Source of the DNA: Desulforegulaceae bacterium
GTDB lineage: Bacteria > Desulfobacterota > Desulfobacteria > Desulfobacterales > JACKCP01
Direction: 5' to 3'
NCBI GenBank assembly: GCA_034007295.1
Contig: JAVERC010000005.1
Coordinates: 69,913 to 133,912, forward strand
Length of the DNA stretch: 64,000 nucleotides
Shown: positions 28,012-37,374 of the stretch, piece after piece
Layout of the letters: each line of letters starts with the position of its first letter
Numbering within the stretch: the first letter of the stretch is position 1
Made by a program: the position numbers and the translations under genes
The notes under the pieces: generated by a model
The model's database searches: none
What the model saw: only the letters and a program-made list of their open reading frames with translations
Told to the model about the DNA's origin: nothing

Positions 28012-28062
28012 TTTTTTATCCTTATTTTAATTTGACATAAATTTTCAACAGCAATAACACAC

Positions 28063-28089
28063 ATGGTCTGTCAAAAACTGACAGACCAT
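28063..28089. other. 11-bp perfect hairpin (ATGGTCTGTCA/TGACAGACCAT) downstream of icd
   Basis: Seen directly. A T-run follows only on the plus strand, so its role as the icd terminator is uncertain. Confidence 0.35.
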
Positions 28090-28107
28090 AAATGTTTTTT
28101 TAAAAAA

Positions 28108-28170
28108 GATTAAATTTTGAATTTAAGGCATAAAATGGACAAAAAACCGTTTTCGTTCACCAACTACATA
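28108..28170 (+). repeat. repeat family 1, right-half fragment overlapping the icd stop codon
   Basis: gattaaattttgaatttaaggcataaaatggacaaaaaaccgttttcgttcaccaactacata matches the right half of copies 1 and 8. The icd TAG (28164-28166) lies inside it. Confidence 0.7.
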
Positions 28171-30389
28171 AATTCAATAATAGAATTAAAGGCTTTGCTA
28201 GGACGCATTGCATCTTCAACCTTAAGTTCAACAGGCCTGTAATAACCTCCAATATCAACTGGTTTTCCCTGTGCCTTTGCAAAGTCGTCAATTATAAGAA
28301 GCTCGTCCTCTTCAAGTTTTTTTGCTGTTTGTTCAAATTTATTTTTCATCCATTCATTTGAGTCCTGTGCTGCAAGAGCCTTTGCCCAATATAATGCAAG
28401 ATAAAAATGACTTCCCCTTGTATCAAGCTCTCCAACTTTTCTTGAAGGAGATTTTTCATTCTCAAGATGCATTCCAATTGCCTGATCAAGTGTTTTTGCA
28501 AGAATTTCTGCATTTTCATTTTTATAAGTCAGAGCAAGATGCTCAAATGAAGCAACAAGAGCACAGAATTCTCCAAGTGAGTCCCATCTCAAATGACCTT
28601 CCTTTAAAAACTGCTCAACATGTTTTGGAGCTGAACCTCCGGCTCCGGTTTCAAAAAGCCCTCCTCCGTTCATAAGGGGAACAATTGAAAGCATTTTAGC
28701 ACTTGTTCCAAGTTCAAGAATTGGAAAAAGGTCAGTTAAATAGTCACGCAAAACATTTCCTGTAGCTGAAATTGTATCTTCTCCTTTTCTTATTCTTTCA
28801 AGGGAAAACTTCATTGCTTCAACAGGCTCCATAATTTTTATATCAAGACCTGATGTGTCATGCTCCGGAAGATATTTTTTTACTTTTTCAATAATTTTTG
28901 CATCATGTGCCCGATTTTCATCAAGCCAGAAAACAACAGGATTATTTGTAATTCTTGCCCTTGCAACTGAAAGTTTTACCCAGTCCCTGATTGGAGCATC
29001 CTTTGCCTGGCATGACCTGAAAATATCTCCTTTTTCAACTGCCTGCTCAAGAATAATACTGCCGTTTTCATCAACAATCTGAATAACACCTTTTTCCATT
29101 GCTTCAAATGTCTTGTCATGGGAACCGTACTCTTCAGCCTTTTGTGCCATAAGACCAACATTTGAAACACTTCCCATGGTTGAAGGATCAAATTCTCCGT
29201 TTTTATTGCAGTCATCAATTACAGCCTGATAAATTGTGGCATATGATCTGTCAGGTATAATGGCAATTGTGTCATGGAGCTTATCGTCAGCCCCCCACAT
29301 TTTACCGCCGTCACGTATTACAACAGGCATTGAGGCATCTATAATTATATTATTTGGAACATGAAGGTTTGTAATTCCCTTGGAAGAATCAACCATGGCA
29401 ACCCTGCAATTATTTTCATAGCAGGCCATAAGGTCTTTTTCTATTAATTCCCTTTCCTTTGGATCAAGCTTTTTTATTCTTTCATAAAGATCGTTTATCC
29501 CGTTATTTGGATTAAAACCAATGGATTTTATTTTATCTTTATGTTTTTCCAAAACATTCTTATAAAAAACAGATACCATATGTCCAAACATTACCGGGTC
29601 TGAAACCTTCATCATTGTTGCTTTCAGATGAAGTGATAAAAGAAGGTCATCTTTTTTTGCCTCAAGAATCTGATCTTCATAAAACTTTCTTAAGACTTTT
29701 ACATTCATAACAGTTGCATCAAGAACTTCACCTTGAAGAAGTTTTGTACTTTCTTTTAAAACTGTTACTTTACCTGATTCATTGATGTGCTGAAATTTCA
29801 CACTACAGTCTTTTTCAAGAACAACTGATTTTTCATTCCCGTAAAAATCTCCTTCAGACATGTATGCAACCCTTGATTTTGAATTTTTCGGCCAAGGCTT
29901 TATAAGTCTGTGCGGTTTTTTCTGTCCAAATGCCTTAACAGAAGCAGCAGCTCTTCTGTCTGAATTTCCTTCTCTTAATACAGGGTTTACAGCACTTCCA
30001 AGAACCTTTGCATATCTGGCCTTAATTTCCTTTTCCTCTTGTGTTACAGGCTCTTCAGGATAATCAGGTATATCATAACCTTTTTCCTGAAGTTCTTTCA
30101 CAGCAGACTTAAGCTGTGGAACAGAAGCACTTATATTTGGAAGTTTTATAATATTTGCTTCAGGTTTTTTTACAAGGTCTCCAAGTATGCCAAGATAATC
30201 ATCAATCTTTTGATCATCAGTTAATTTTTCCGGAAAATTTGCAATAATTCTTCCTGCAAGTGAAATATCCATTTTCTGAAAAACAATTCCCGTATCTTTT
30301 GTAAAAGCTTTTAAAACAGGCAAAAGAGAATATGTAGCAAGTGCTGGAGCCTCGTCTATCTTTGTATAGACAATTGTTTGTTTTTCCAT
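28164..30389 (-). CDS. icd: NADP-dependent isocitrate dehydrogenase, monomeric type
   Basis: 741 aa. N-terminus [19 protein letters not shown] and overall length are typical of monomeric IDH. AAGGAA RBS. Confidence 0.95.
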   Translation of the reverse strand: MEKQTIVYTKIDEAPALATYSLLPVLKAFTKDTGIVFQKMDISLAGRIIANFPEKLTDDQKIDDYLGILGDLVKKPEANIIKLPNISASVPQLKSAVKELQEKGYDIPDYPEEPVTQEEKEIKARYAKVLGSAVNPVLREGNSDRRAAASVKAFGQKKPHRLIKPWPKNSKSRVAYMSEGDFYGNEKSVVLEKDCSVKFQHINESGKVTVLKESTKLLQGEVLDATVMNVKVLRKFYEDQILEAKKDDLLLSLHLKATMMKVSDPVMFGHMVSVFYKNVLEKHKDKIKSIGFNPNNGINDLYERIKKLDPKERELIEKDLMACYENNCRVAMVDSSKGITNLHVPNNIIIDASMPVVIRDGGKMWGADDKLHDTIAIIPDRSYATIYQAVIDDCNKNGEFDPSTMGSVSNVGLMAQKAEEYGSHDKTFEAMEKGVIQIVDENGSIILEQAVEKGDIFRSCQAKDAPIRDWVKLSVARARITNNPVVFWLDENRAHDAKIIEKVKKYLPEHDTSGLDIKIMEPVEAMKFSLERIRKGEDTISATGNVLRDYLTDLFPILELGTSAKMLSIVPLMNGGGLFETGAGGSAPKHVEQFLKEGHLRWDSLGEFCALVASFEHLALTYKNENAEILAKTLDQAIGMHLENEKSPSRKVGELDTRGSHFYLALYWAKALAAQDSNEWMKNKFEQTAKKLEEDELLIIDDFAKAQGKPVDIGGYYRPVELKVEDAMRPSKAFNSIIEFM

Positions 30390-30421
30390 GATTGTTCCTT
30401 ATATTTCAACTTGTTTAAGAT

Positions 30422-31423
30422 TTATCCTGCAATTTTTTCAAAAGCTTTTTTTAAACTTTCTTCAGCTTCTTTTACTATTCTTGAAATCAGCTCATCTACC
30501 GATGGAATGTCCTTTATTCTTCCAACAGACTGTCCGATTGTAAGCATTGCCTCATCTGCATTGCCCTCTTTCCACACTTTTTTTGCCCTTTCGCCGGAAA
30601 TAAGAGGAAGAAGTGAGGTTAAATCACCGCCTTGTTTTTCAACATCTTCAACCTGTTTCATAATGCTGTTTTTTAAGGCCCGCACCTGAAGTCCAAAACC
30701 GCTTAAAAGGCTCTGAAGATTAAGAGATGTGTCATTCTCATTTTTTTCAACTAAAACAGAATATATATTTTCATGAACACCGCTTTCTTTTGTGGCAAGA
30801 AACCTTGTTGCCATCATAATTCCGTCAGCTCCAAGACAAAGTGCCGCTGCAAGGCTTTTTCCGTCGGCCATTCCACCAGCTGCAATTACAGGAATATCCA
30901 CTTCTTCAACAACCCTGGGAACTAGAACCATTGTGGAAACATTGTCCTTATGGGGAAATCCACCTTCTTCAAAACCAGCAACAGTAACAGCATCATAACC
31001 AGCTTTTTGTGCATGAACCGCATGTTTTACAGTTCCCACTTTATGAAGAACCTTTACTCCGGCTTTTTTTGCCATTGGAATAAATTCAGGCCCAAGAAAT
31101 TTGTCAACCGGAGCTCCTGCAATTTCTATTGCCTTAACTTTTTTTTCGCAGGAAATCCTGAAAAAATCCTGTAAAAGTTCAATTGGAAGACGAATTGACG
31201 GCATTGTTGTGATATTCACTATAAAAGGCTTGTCTGTCAGCTCAAAAGTCTTGTCAACAGCCTCCCTGAACTCATCTGAAGAATTATAATTTCCGGATGT
31301 CAGATTTCCCATTGCACCGGCATTGCTGATTGCTGCGGCAAGTTCAGGTTTTCCTATCCAGAGCATTCCTCCGCACTGAATTGGATATTTGATGTCAAAT
31401 AGTTCAGTCATTTTTGTTTTCAT
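30422..31423 (-). CDS. nitronate monooxygenase / FabK-like NAD(P)H-dependent flavin oxidoreductase
   Basis: YPIQCGGMLWIGKPELAAAISNAGAMG N-terminus and IPVIAAGGMADG FMN-binding motif. Confidence 0.85.
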   Translation of the reverse strand: MKTKMTELFDIKYPIQCGGMLWIGKPELAAAISNAGAMGNLTSGNYNSSDEFREAVDKTFELTDKPFIVNITTMPSIRLPIELLQDFFRISCEKKVKAIEIAGAPVDKFLGPEFIPMAKKAGVKVLHKVGTVKHAVHAQKAGYDAVTVAGFEEGGFPHKDNVSTMVLVPRVVEEVDIPVIAAGGMADGKSLAAALCLGADGIMMATRFLATKESGVHENIYSVLVEKNENDTSLNLQSLLSGFGLQVRALKNSIMKQVEDVEKQGGDLTSLLPLISGERAKKVWKEGNADEAMLTIGQSVGRIKDIPSVDELISRIVKEAEESLKKAFEKIAG

Positions 31424-31633
31424 AAAAAAACCTTTTTTTAAATTTTCATATTCAAAAAACCAATAAAAAAAACAAGCAGTTTTTTCTGCCGTTTAAATTT
31501 CAAAAATTATTTATTTTCTTTTATCAGTTTCAAAAAATTTTAAAAACCATTAATATTATAAATATTAATCTTTTAAACACATTTCCTCACTACCGTAATT
31601 TATTCTTAAACCAAAAAAATACAGGCAGAATTT

Positions 31634-33424
31634 ATGAATAAAATAAAAATTATGGAAAATCAAAAAATCAACTACAATGAACCAATAGAAATTGCAGACA
31701 AAATCTGGTGGGTCGGACACTACCTTCCAGATGATAAATTCCAATGCCATGTGTATCTTATAGAAAATGGAAAAAACTCTGTTCTTATAGATCCTGGTTC
31801 AAAGCTTACATTCAAACATACAATGAAAAAAATTGAGTCTATAATCCCTTTTTCAAACATAAAATACTTTATATGCCATCATCAGGATCCAGACATTACA
31901 GGAAGCATGCCTCTTATTGATTCAATAGTATCAAGAAAAGACGCTGTAATTTTAAGTCATTGGAGAGCAATTGCTCTTTTAAAACACTACGGACTTGAAA
32001 TGCCCTTTCAATGTGTTGAAAACATTGGCTGGAAAATTGACATAGGAAATAAAATACTTCAGTTTATTTTTACTCCATACCTTCACTTTCCAGGTGCTTT
32101 CTGTACTTATGATCCGGAAACTCAAATACTTTTTTCAAGTGATATTTTTGGAGGATTTACAGAAGGATTTAATCTTATTGCAGAAGATGAATCATATTTT
32201 GAATCAATGAGACCGTTTCATGAGCATTACATGCCTTCAAGGGAAATTTTGTTTCATGCTGTTTCAAAATTTGAAAAACTTGATGTAAAGTTAATCGCTC
32301 CCCAGCATGGTTCAATAATACCTGAAAAACTTATAAATTTTATTTACAACAGACTCAAAAACCTTGACTGCGGCCTTTTTCTGCTGACCCATACAAATTC
32401 TGATATTACAAGGCTTTCAAATCTTAACAAAGTACTTAGAAAATTTTTTGAGTCCATTGCAATCCAAAAAGATTTTCACGAAATTGCATCTTCTCTTTTA
32501 AACTATATAAAAGAAGTCCTTCCTGTAAAAAAAATGACATTTTATGCAAAAAATAAAGAAACTTTAATCAAATTTGATAATCAGTCCATGTTTAGAGGGA
32601 TTGTTTCAGAAACAGACAATAATTTCAAAGATTTATTCAATCTTACAAAAGATGAATTTATTGATACATATAAAAATACATTTCTAAAAATATCAGAAAA
32701 ACATTCACAAAATCATGATTCAGCAGAAAAAATCATTATACCTCTTTTTTCAATTTCAGATTTTAAAACACATGCAATTGCAGAACTTACATTTGACCAT
32801 GAAATAGAAATAGATCAGGAACTCCAACATATACTTCAGGAAATATCCATTCCACTTGGAGTTGCTGTTGAAAGGGAAATAATTTTAAAATCCATGGAAA
32901 TAGAACGCCAAAAATTTTATGAGCAGGCCATAAGAGATCCCCTTACAGGACTTTATACAAGGGTTTATCTAAATGAAGCAGTCAAAAGAATGTTTGCAAT
33001 CCATGACAGGGAAAAAACAGGAAATATTTTTGCAATTATTTTTGACATAGATTTTTTCAAATCTGTAAATGACACATTCGGACATATTGCAGGCGACAAA
33101 GTCTTAAAAAATGTTTCCCAGGTAATTTTAAATGAAACAAGAGAATCAGACATTCAGGTAAGACTTGGCGGTGAAGAATTTGCAGTCTTTATTGCATCCT
33201 ATGACGATAATATCCCCTATTCTCTAACAGAAAGAATACGATTAAAAGTAAGTGAACTTAAATTCGGCCCTCCAATGGAAAATAAGCAGATAACCATAAG
33301 TGCAGGGATTGCCCAAAGAACTTTTGACCAGACACTAGAAGACCTTATACACAATGCAGACACTGCCCTTTATAAAGCAAAACATTCAGGACGAAATTGT
33401 ATCTGCACCAATTGCAGAATCTGA
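31634..33424 (+). CDS. diguanylate cyclase with an N-terminal di-iron metallo-beta-lactamase-like (flavodiiron/ODP-like) sensor domain
   Basis: N-terminal WWVGHY...VYLIENGKNSVLIDPG...CHHQDPDITGS (FDP-type MBL fold), middle GAF-like region and C-terminal GGDEF domain with RLGGEEFAV. Confidence 0.85.
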   Translation: MNKIKIMENQKINYNEPIEIADKIWWVGHYLPDDKFQCHVYLIENGKNSVLIDPGSKLTFKHTMKKIESIIPFSNIKYFICHHQDPDITGSMPLIDSIVSRKDAVILSHWRAIALLKHYGLEMPFQCVENIGWKIDIGNKILQFIFTPYLHFPGAFCTYDPETQILFSSDIFGGFTEGFNLIAEDESYFESMRPFHEHYMPSREILFHAVSKFEKLDVKLIAPQHGSIIPEKLINFIYNRLKNLDCGLFLLTHTNSDITRLSNLNKVLRKFFESIAIQKDFHEIASSLLNYIKEVLPVKKMTFYAKNKETLIKFDNQSMFRGIVSETDNNFKDLFNLTKDEFIDTYKNTFLKISEKHSQNHDSAEKIIIPLFSISDFKTHAIAELTFDHEIEIDQELQHILQEISIPLGVAVEREIILKSMEIERQKFYEQAIRDPLTGLYTRVYLNEAVKRMFAIHDREKTGNIFAIIFDIDFFKSVNDTFGHIAGDKVLKNVSQVILNETRESDIQVRLGGEEFAVFIASYDDNIPYSLTERIRLKVSELKFGPPMENKQITISAGIAQRTFDQTLEDLIHNADTALYKAKHSGRNCICTNCRI

Positions 33425-33431
33425 AAAACAA

Positions 33432-33470
33432 AAGGCAGTTAAAAAAACTGCCTTGATTTTTATTTATTTG
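33432..33470. terminator. bidirectional terminator
   Basis: AAGGCAGT-taaaaaa-ACTGCCTT followed by GATTTTTATTTATTT. An A-run precedes it, serving the minus strand. Confidence 0.65.
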
Positions 33471-33494
33471 CAGGGTCAATTCTTCTTTTGATTT

Positions 33495-33540
33495 AAAATT
33501 TAACCTTTAGGATACATTTTGTATTTTCAGGATTAAATTT
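33495..33540 (+). repeat. repeat family 1, core-only fragment
   Basis: aaaatttaacctttaggatacattttgtattttcaggattaaattt matches the central hairpin of the long element. Confidence 0.6.
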
Positions 33541-33549
33541 TTAAAAAAA

Positions 33550-33972
33550 TCAATCATCACTGCTTGAAAGCAGCTCAAACTGATCATTAAACACACCCTG
33601 GCTTATTATCCATTTTTTGGAAGGCTTGTAAAAATAAAATTCCCAGACAACAGGATGGAACTCATACTTGAATACAGCAGCTATCCTTACTACAGAATCT
33701 GTTTTTTTCTCCACACAATAATACTCATGTCCAAGTGCTTTCCCATAAAGCTTGTCAAGCATGGCTATCTGTTGTTTAAGTGCTTCAAGCTGCTGAATTT
33801 TCTGGCCCATCAATGTATTTGATGAATAAAGATTATCTACAGCTTCAGCTATTTTCCCTGACAAAAGCTCATTAAAAAAACTTTCTGTCTGCTCTTTTGG
33901 AGTTCCTTCATATGAAAATCCAGGTGATGCTGTAATAAAAAACACAAATAATAAAAATAATGTTTTTTTCAT
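33550..33972 (-). CDS. secreted hypothetical protein (140 aa)
   Basis: Signal peptide MKKTLFLLFVFFITASPGFS. No family recognised. Confidence 0.55.
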   Translation of the reverse strand: MKKTLFLLFVFFITASPGFSYEGTPKEQTESFFNELLSGKIAEAVDNLYSSNTLMGQKIQQLEALKQQIAMLDKLYGKALGHEYYCVEKKTDSVVRIAAVFKYEFHPVVWEFYFYKPSKKWIISQGVFNDQFELLSSSDD

Positions 33973-34096
33973 TTTTCTGCCCTTTCAAAATTTTTATTGA
34001 ATTTCCAGATATTGACTATTTCCATTTTTATTTTAAAAATATGAAATAATCAGCTTATGTCTATTATATAACAATAAATAAAAACAGGAGAAAATT

Positions 34097-34939
34097 TTGA
34101 TTTCCGGAGGTTATAAAATAAGAACAATTGAATGGGGAGATTTTAAACTTGACGGCGGAGCAATGTTTGGAGTTATTCCAAAAACTCTCTGGTCACAAAA
34201 AATACCAGCAGACGAACAAAACATGATCAAAATGAAGGCAAGGGGACTTTTTCTGGATGGAAACGGGAAAAAAATTTTAATTGACCTTGGCACTGGCTCA
34301 AAAGATGACGAAAATTTTAAAAAAAGGTTTGCAGTAAAAAATGTCAAATCTCCGGCTCAAGCACTAAAACCTTTTGGAACAAGTCCTGAAGAAATTACAG
34401 ATGTTATAATAACCCACCTGCACTTTGATCACTGCGGAGGGTCAACAATCATTATTGATAATAAAATTATTCCTTCATTTAAAAATGCAAAATATCATAT
34501 TCAGAAAAATCAGTGGGAAAGTGCTGTTTCAGGTAAATCAAGGGATAGTGCAAGTTTTCTCGATCAAAATTTTATTCCCCTTTTTGAAAAAAATAATATT
34601 GTTTTTACTGATGGAGAAAAAAACCCTGGCTTAAAAAATATTTCCCTTAAAATTACAAGTGGACACACATCTTTTCAGCAGCACCCGTTAATTGAGGACA
34701 AAATAAATCCTGTTTTTTATTGTGCAGATATTTTCCCGACTTCAGCACATATTTCTCCAAAGTGGGTTATGGCATATGATAATCATGCAGAAAAATCAGT
34801 TGAAGAAAAAAAACAGCTTCTTGAAAAAGCTGCTAAAGAAAACTGGATAATGGTTTTTGAGCATGATCCCTTTATTGCTGCATGCAGAATTGTAAAAAAA
34901 GGGAAAAATTTTGAAATAGCAGAAATATTGGATTTTTAA
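34097..34939 (+). CDS. MBL-fold metallo-hydrolase
   Basis: ITHLHFDHCGG metal motif. TTG start with AGGAG 7 nt upstream. Confidence 0.8.
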   Translation: MISGGYKIRTIEWGDFKLDGGAMFGVIPKTLWSQKIPADEQNMIKMKARGLFLDGNGKKILIDLGTGSKDDENFKKRFAVKNVKSPAQALKPFGTSPEEITDVIITHLHFDHCGGSTIIIDNKIIPSFKNAKYHIQKNQWESAVSGKSRDSASFLDQNFIPLFEKNNIVFTDGEKNPGLKNISLKITSGHTSFQQHPLIEDKINPVFYCADIFPTSAHISPKWVMAYDNHAEKSVEEKKQLLEKAAKENWIMVFEHDPFIAACRIVKKGKNFEIAEILDF

Positions 34940-34957
34940 CCTGATTTTGAAAAATTT

Positions 34958-35003
34958 AATGAGCGTTTCAATTTTTTTAATTTAAAAATATGTAACGCTC
35001 ATT
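34958..35003. terminator. long AT-rich hairpin between convergent genes, related to the family 2 hairpin arm
   Basis: AATGAGCGTTTCAATTTTTTTAA / TTTAAAAATATGTAACGCTCATT. Shares GAGCGTTTCA.ATTTTTAAA with 48614-48636. Confidence 0.5.
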
Positions 35004-35015
35004 TAATAAAAAAGA

Positions 35016-35417
35016 TTATTCAGGATACCTTGCAATAACAGTAGAGCTGATTCCGCCTCTTGGAGTAAAAATTCCTTTAACCTCCATTTTTTTAGGTTTT
35101 ACAACTTCAACAAGATCATCAAGAATTTTGTTTACAATATGCTCGTAAAAAATCCCCACATTCCTGTACTGAAAAAAATAAAATTTCAAAGACTTAAGTT
35201 CAATAATTTTATCATTTGGAACATAGGTTAAAATGATTTCACCATTGTCAGGAAGACCTGTCATTGGACATACTGAAGTATGTTCAGGATGGCTTATTAC
35301 AATTTCTATGTCCCTTTTGCCCTTATATAAATATTCAACAGGATCAAGCATATCAGTTTTTACAGAATCCGGCCCTGCTATTTTATATGGAACCTGTTTT
35401 TCATGTGTTATTTTCAT
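35016..35417 (-). CDS. queF: NADPH-dependent 7-cyano-7-deazaguanine (preQ0) reductase
   Basis: HTSVCPMTGLPD catalytic Cys motif and ELKSLKFYFFQYRN. Start set at MKITHEK (AAGGA RBS) rather than the upstream ATG. Confidence 0.9.
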   Translation of the reverse strand: MKITHEKQVPYKIAGPDSVKTDMLDPVEYLYKGKRDIEIVISHPEHTSVCPMTGLPDNGEIILTYVPNDKIIELKSLKFYFFQYRNVGIFYEHIVNKILDDLVEVVKPKKMEVKGIFTPRGGISSTVIARYPE

Positions 35418-35436
35418 TTTTTTCCTTTTATCTAAA

Positions 35437-35634
35437 TCATGATGAAATAAAATAATAGACAATAATCATGCTGAAGCAAATAAGAACAATAATCCCCGGA
35501 GTGGTAAAATAGGCATGATACATTGGCTTACCCTCCATTTTGATTTTTTTTGCCTCCTTTGAAAACCATTTCCCAAGCAGTAATGATAAAACAAGAATAA
35601 AACCTGCCAATGACCAAAATAAAACCTTTTCCAA
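35437..35634 (-). CDS. possible small two-TM membrane protein
   Basis: TTG start 5 nt after GGAGG and two hydrophobic segments. No homology recognised. Confidence 0.35.
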   Translation of the reverse strand: MEKVLFWSLAGFILVLSLLLGKWFSKEAKKIKMEGKPMYHAYFTTPGIIVLICFSMIIVYYFISS

Positions 35635-35808
35635 AAAAACCTCCAGATATTTTCTACTTAAAATTACATAGCCTTAAGTTTATACATGTATGCAATTAGA
35701 ATAAAATACTGTCAATACAAAAAAAGCAGGTCTTTTTTTAAACTTTTATCTAAAATTAAACATTTTTTTATTGACGACACATAAATACAAACAGCATTAA
35801 ATTATTAA

Positions 35809-35954
35809 ATAGTTGCTGAACGAAAACGGCCTTTTTTGTCCATTCTTAAGTCAGATTCAAAATTTAATCCTCAAAATACTCAATGTATCCTGAAGGTTAA
35901 ATTTTTCACCTTCCGTAACTGAACAAAAAATTCTCGTTTTCGGCCAATCACTAC
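35809..35954 (-). repeat. repeat family 1, full-length (copy 4)
   Basis: atagttgctgaacgaaaacggccttttttgtccattcttaagtcagattcaaaatttaatcctcaaaatactcaatgtatcc...ctcgttttcggccaatcactac. Confidence 0.8.
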
Positions 35955-36104
35955 TTAGACAAAAATTGAGTTTTTATAAAAATTTATTTTTTAATGAATA
36001 TAAATTGAAATTGTGCGTTGTTGAGTTTAATCTGTTCCTTTGCTATTAATTCAAATAATGGATTTATAGTTTTTACAAAAAAAGCATAAAAAGCGGCAGG
36101 GAAA

Positions 36105-37163
36105 ATGGACAGAAATAAAACCAGAAAAATTAAACTTGGAAATATTTATATTGGAGGCGGTGAGCCAATAAGTGTTCAGTCAATGACAAACACAAAAACA
36201 GAAGATTATGAATCAACAATAAATCAGATAAAACGGCTTGAAAATGCCGGCTGCGAAATTGTAAGGGTTGCTGTACCTGGAGAAGAAGCTGGCATGGCAC
36301 TTGAAAAAATATGTGCCAAAGCTAAAATCCCTGTAATTGCAGATATTCATTTTGATTATAAGCTTGCTCTTTTATCCCTTGAATCAGGTGTTTCAGGATT
36401 AAGGATAAATCCTGGCAACATAGGAGCAAAATGGAAGGTTGAAGAGGTTGTCAGGGCTGCAAAAAACAGATCTGTTCCTATAAGAATTGGAGTAAATGCA
36501 GGTTCCCTTGAAAAGGAACTTATGAAAAAATATGGTGGAGCAGTTCCTGAGGCTATGGTTGAAAGTGCAGAAAGCCATATACGAATACTTGAAGATCTTG
36601 ATTTCCATGACATAAAGGTTTCTTTAAAGGCTTCAGATGTAGACAGGACAATAAAAGCCTATAGTCTTTTTGCTGAAAAAAGTGATATCCCCCTCCATCT
36701 TGGCATAACAGAGGCAGGCGGGCTTTATCCTGGAATAGTAAAATCTTCAATTGGCCTTGGTCTTATGCTTTCAAAGGGAATAGGAGATACCATAAGAGTT
36801 TCTCTTTCAAGGGATCCAGTTGAAGAGGTAAGGGTTGGATTTGAAATTTTAAAGGCTCTTGGATTAAGACAGAAAGGCATTGATATTATTTCCTGTCCTA
36901 CATGCGGAAGATGCAGGTTTGATCTTTTCAAGGTGCTTGAAGATGTTGAAAAAGAGCTTATAAATATTGATTACCCTTTGAAGGTGGCAATAATGGGTTG
37001 TACTGTAAACGGACCAGGAGAAGCAAGAGAGGCAGACATAGGTATCGCAGGTGGTGATATGGAAGGAATTTTATTTAAAAAAGGAAAAGTCATAAAAAAA
37101 ATTCCTCAGGATAAAATGGTTGAAACTCTTGTTTCAGAAATAAAAGAAATGATGAGCAGTTAG
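36105..37163 (+). CDS. ispG: 4-hydroxy-3-methylbut-2-en-1-yl diphosphate synthase
   Basis: Full-length GcpE: [15 protein letters not shown] and C-terminal Cys ligands CPTCGRC...GCTVNGPGE. Confidence 0.95.
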   Translation: MDRNKTRKIKLGNIYIGGGEPISVQSMTNTKTEDYESTINQIKRLENAGCEIVRVAVPGEEAGMALEKICAKAKIPVIADIHFDYKLALLSLESGVSGLRINPGNIGAKWKVEEVVRAAKNRSVPIRIGVNAGSLEKELMKKYGGAVPEAMVESAESHIRILEDLDFHDIKVSLKASDVDRTIKAYSLFAEKSDIPLHLGITEAGGLYPGIVKSSIGLGLMLSKGIGDTIRVSLSRDPVEEVRVGFEILKALGLRQKGIDIISCPTCGRCRFDLFKVLEDVEKELINIDYPLKVAIMGCTVNGPGEAREADIGIAGGDMEGILFKKGKVIKKIPQDKMVETLVSEIKEMMSS

Positions 37164-37192
37164 AGAAATTTGATTTTTTAAGGTATTTAAAT

Positions 37193-37343
37193 AATTGATT
37201 GACCGAAAACTAGAATTTTTTGTTCCTTTAAAGGAAGATGAAAAATTTAACCCTTGGGTGATATATAGAGTATTTTGAGGATTAAAATTTGAATCTGATG
37301 CTAAAATGGGCAAAAAAGAAGTTTTTGTTCAGCCACTAAGTAT
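37193..37343 (+). repeat. repeat family 1, full-length (copy 5)
   Basis: taattgattgaccgaaaactagaattttttgttcc...gagtattttgaggattaaaatttgaatctgatg...gtttttgttcagccactaagtat. Confidence 0.75.
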
Positions 37344-37374
37344 GCATAAAATTTTTATGAAAGGTTTAATATAA

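Noticed and set aside
14000-28170. Island as a prophage or an intact integrative element
   Set aside because: There are no integrase, recombinase, transposase or phage structural genes anywhere in the island or its flanks. Only a relic icd fragment and repeat elements mark the borders.
31565-31750. 61-aa minus-strand ORF overlapping the start of the MBL-GGDEF gene
   Set aside because: It overlaps the promoter and 5' end of a supported gene and has no motif or RBS.
35635-35810. preQ1 riboswitch upstream of queF and the small ORF
   Set aside because: I could not find the conserved preQ1-I/II core or a convincing pseudoknot-forming sequence. The region is mostly AT-rich spacer followed by a repeat copy.
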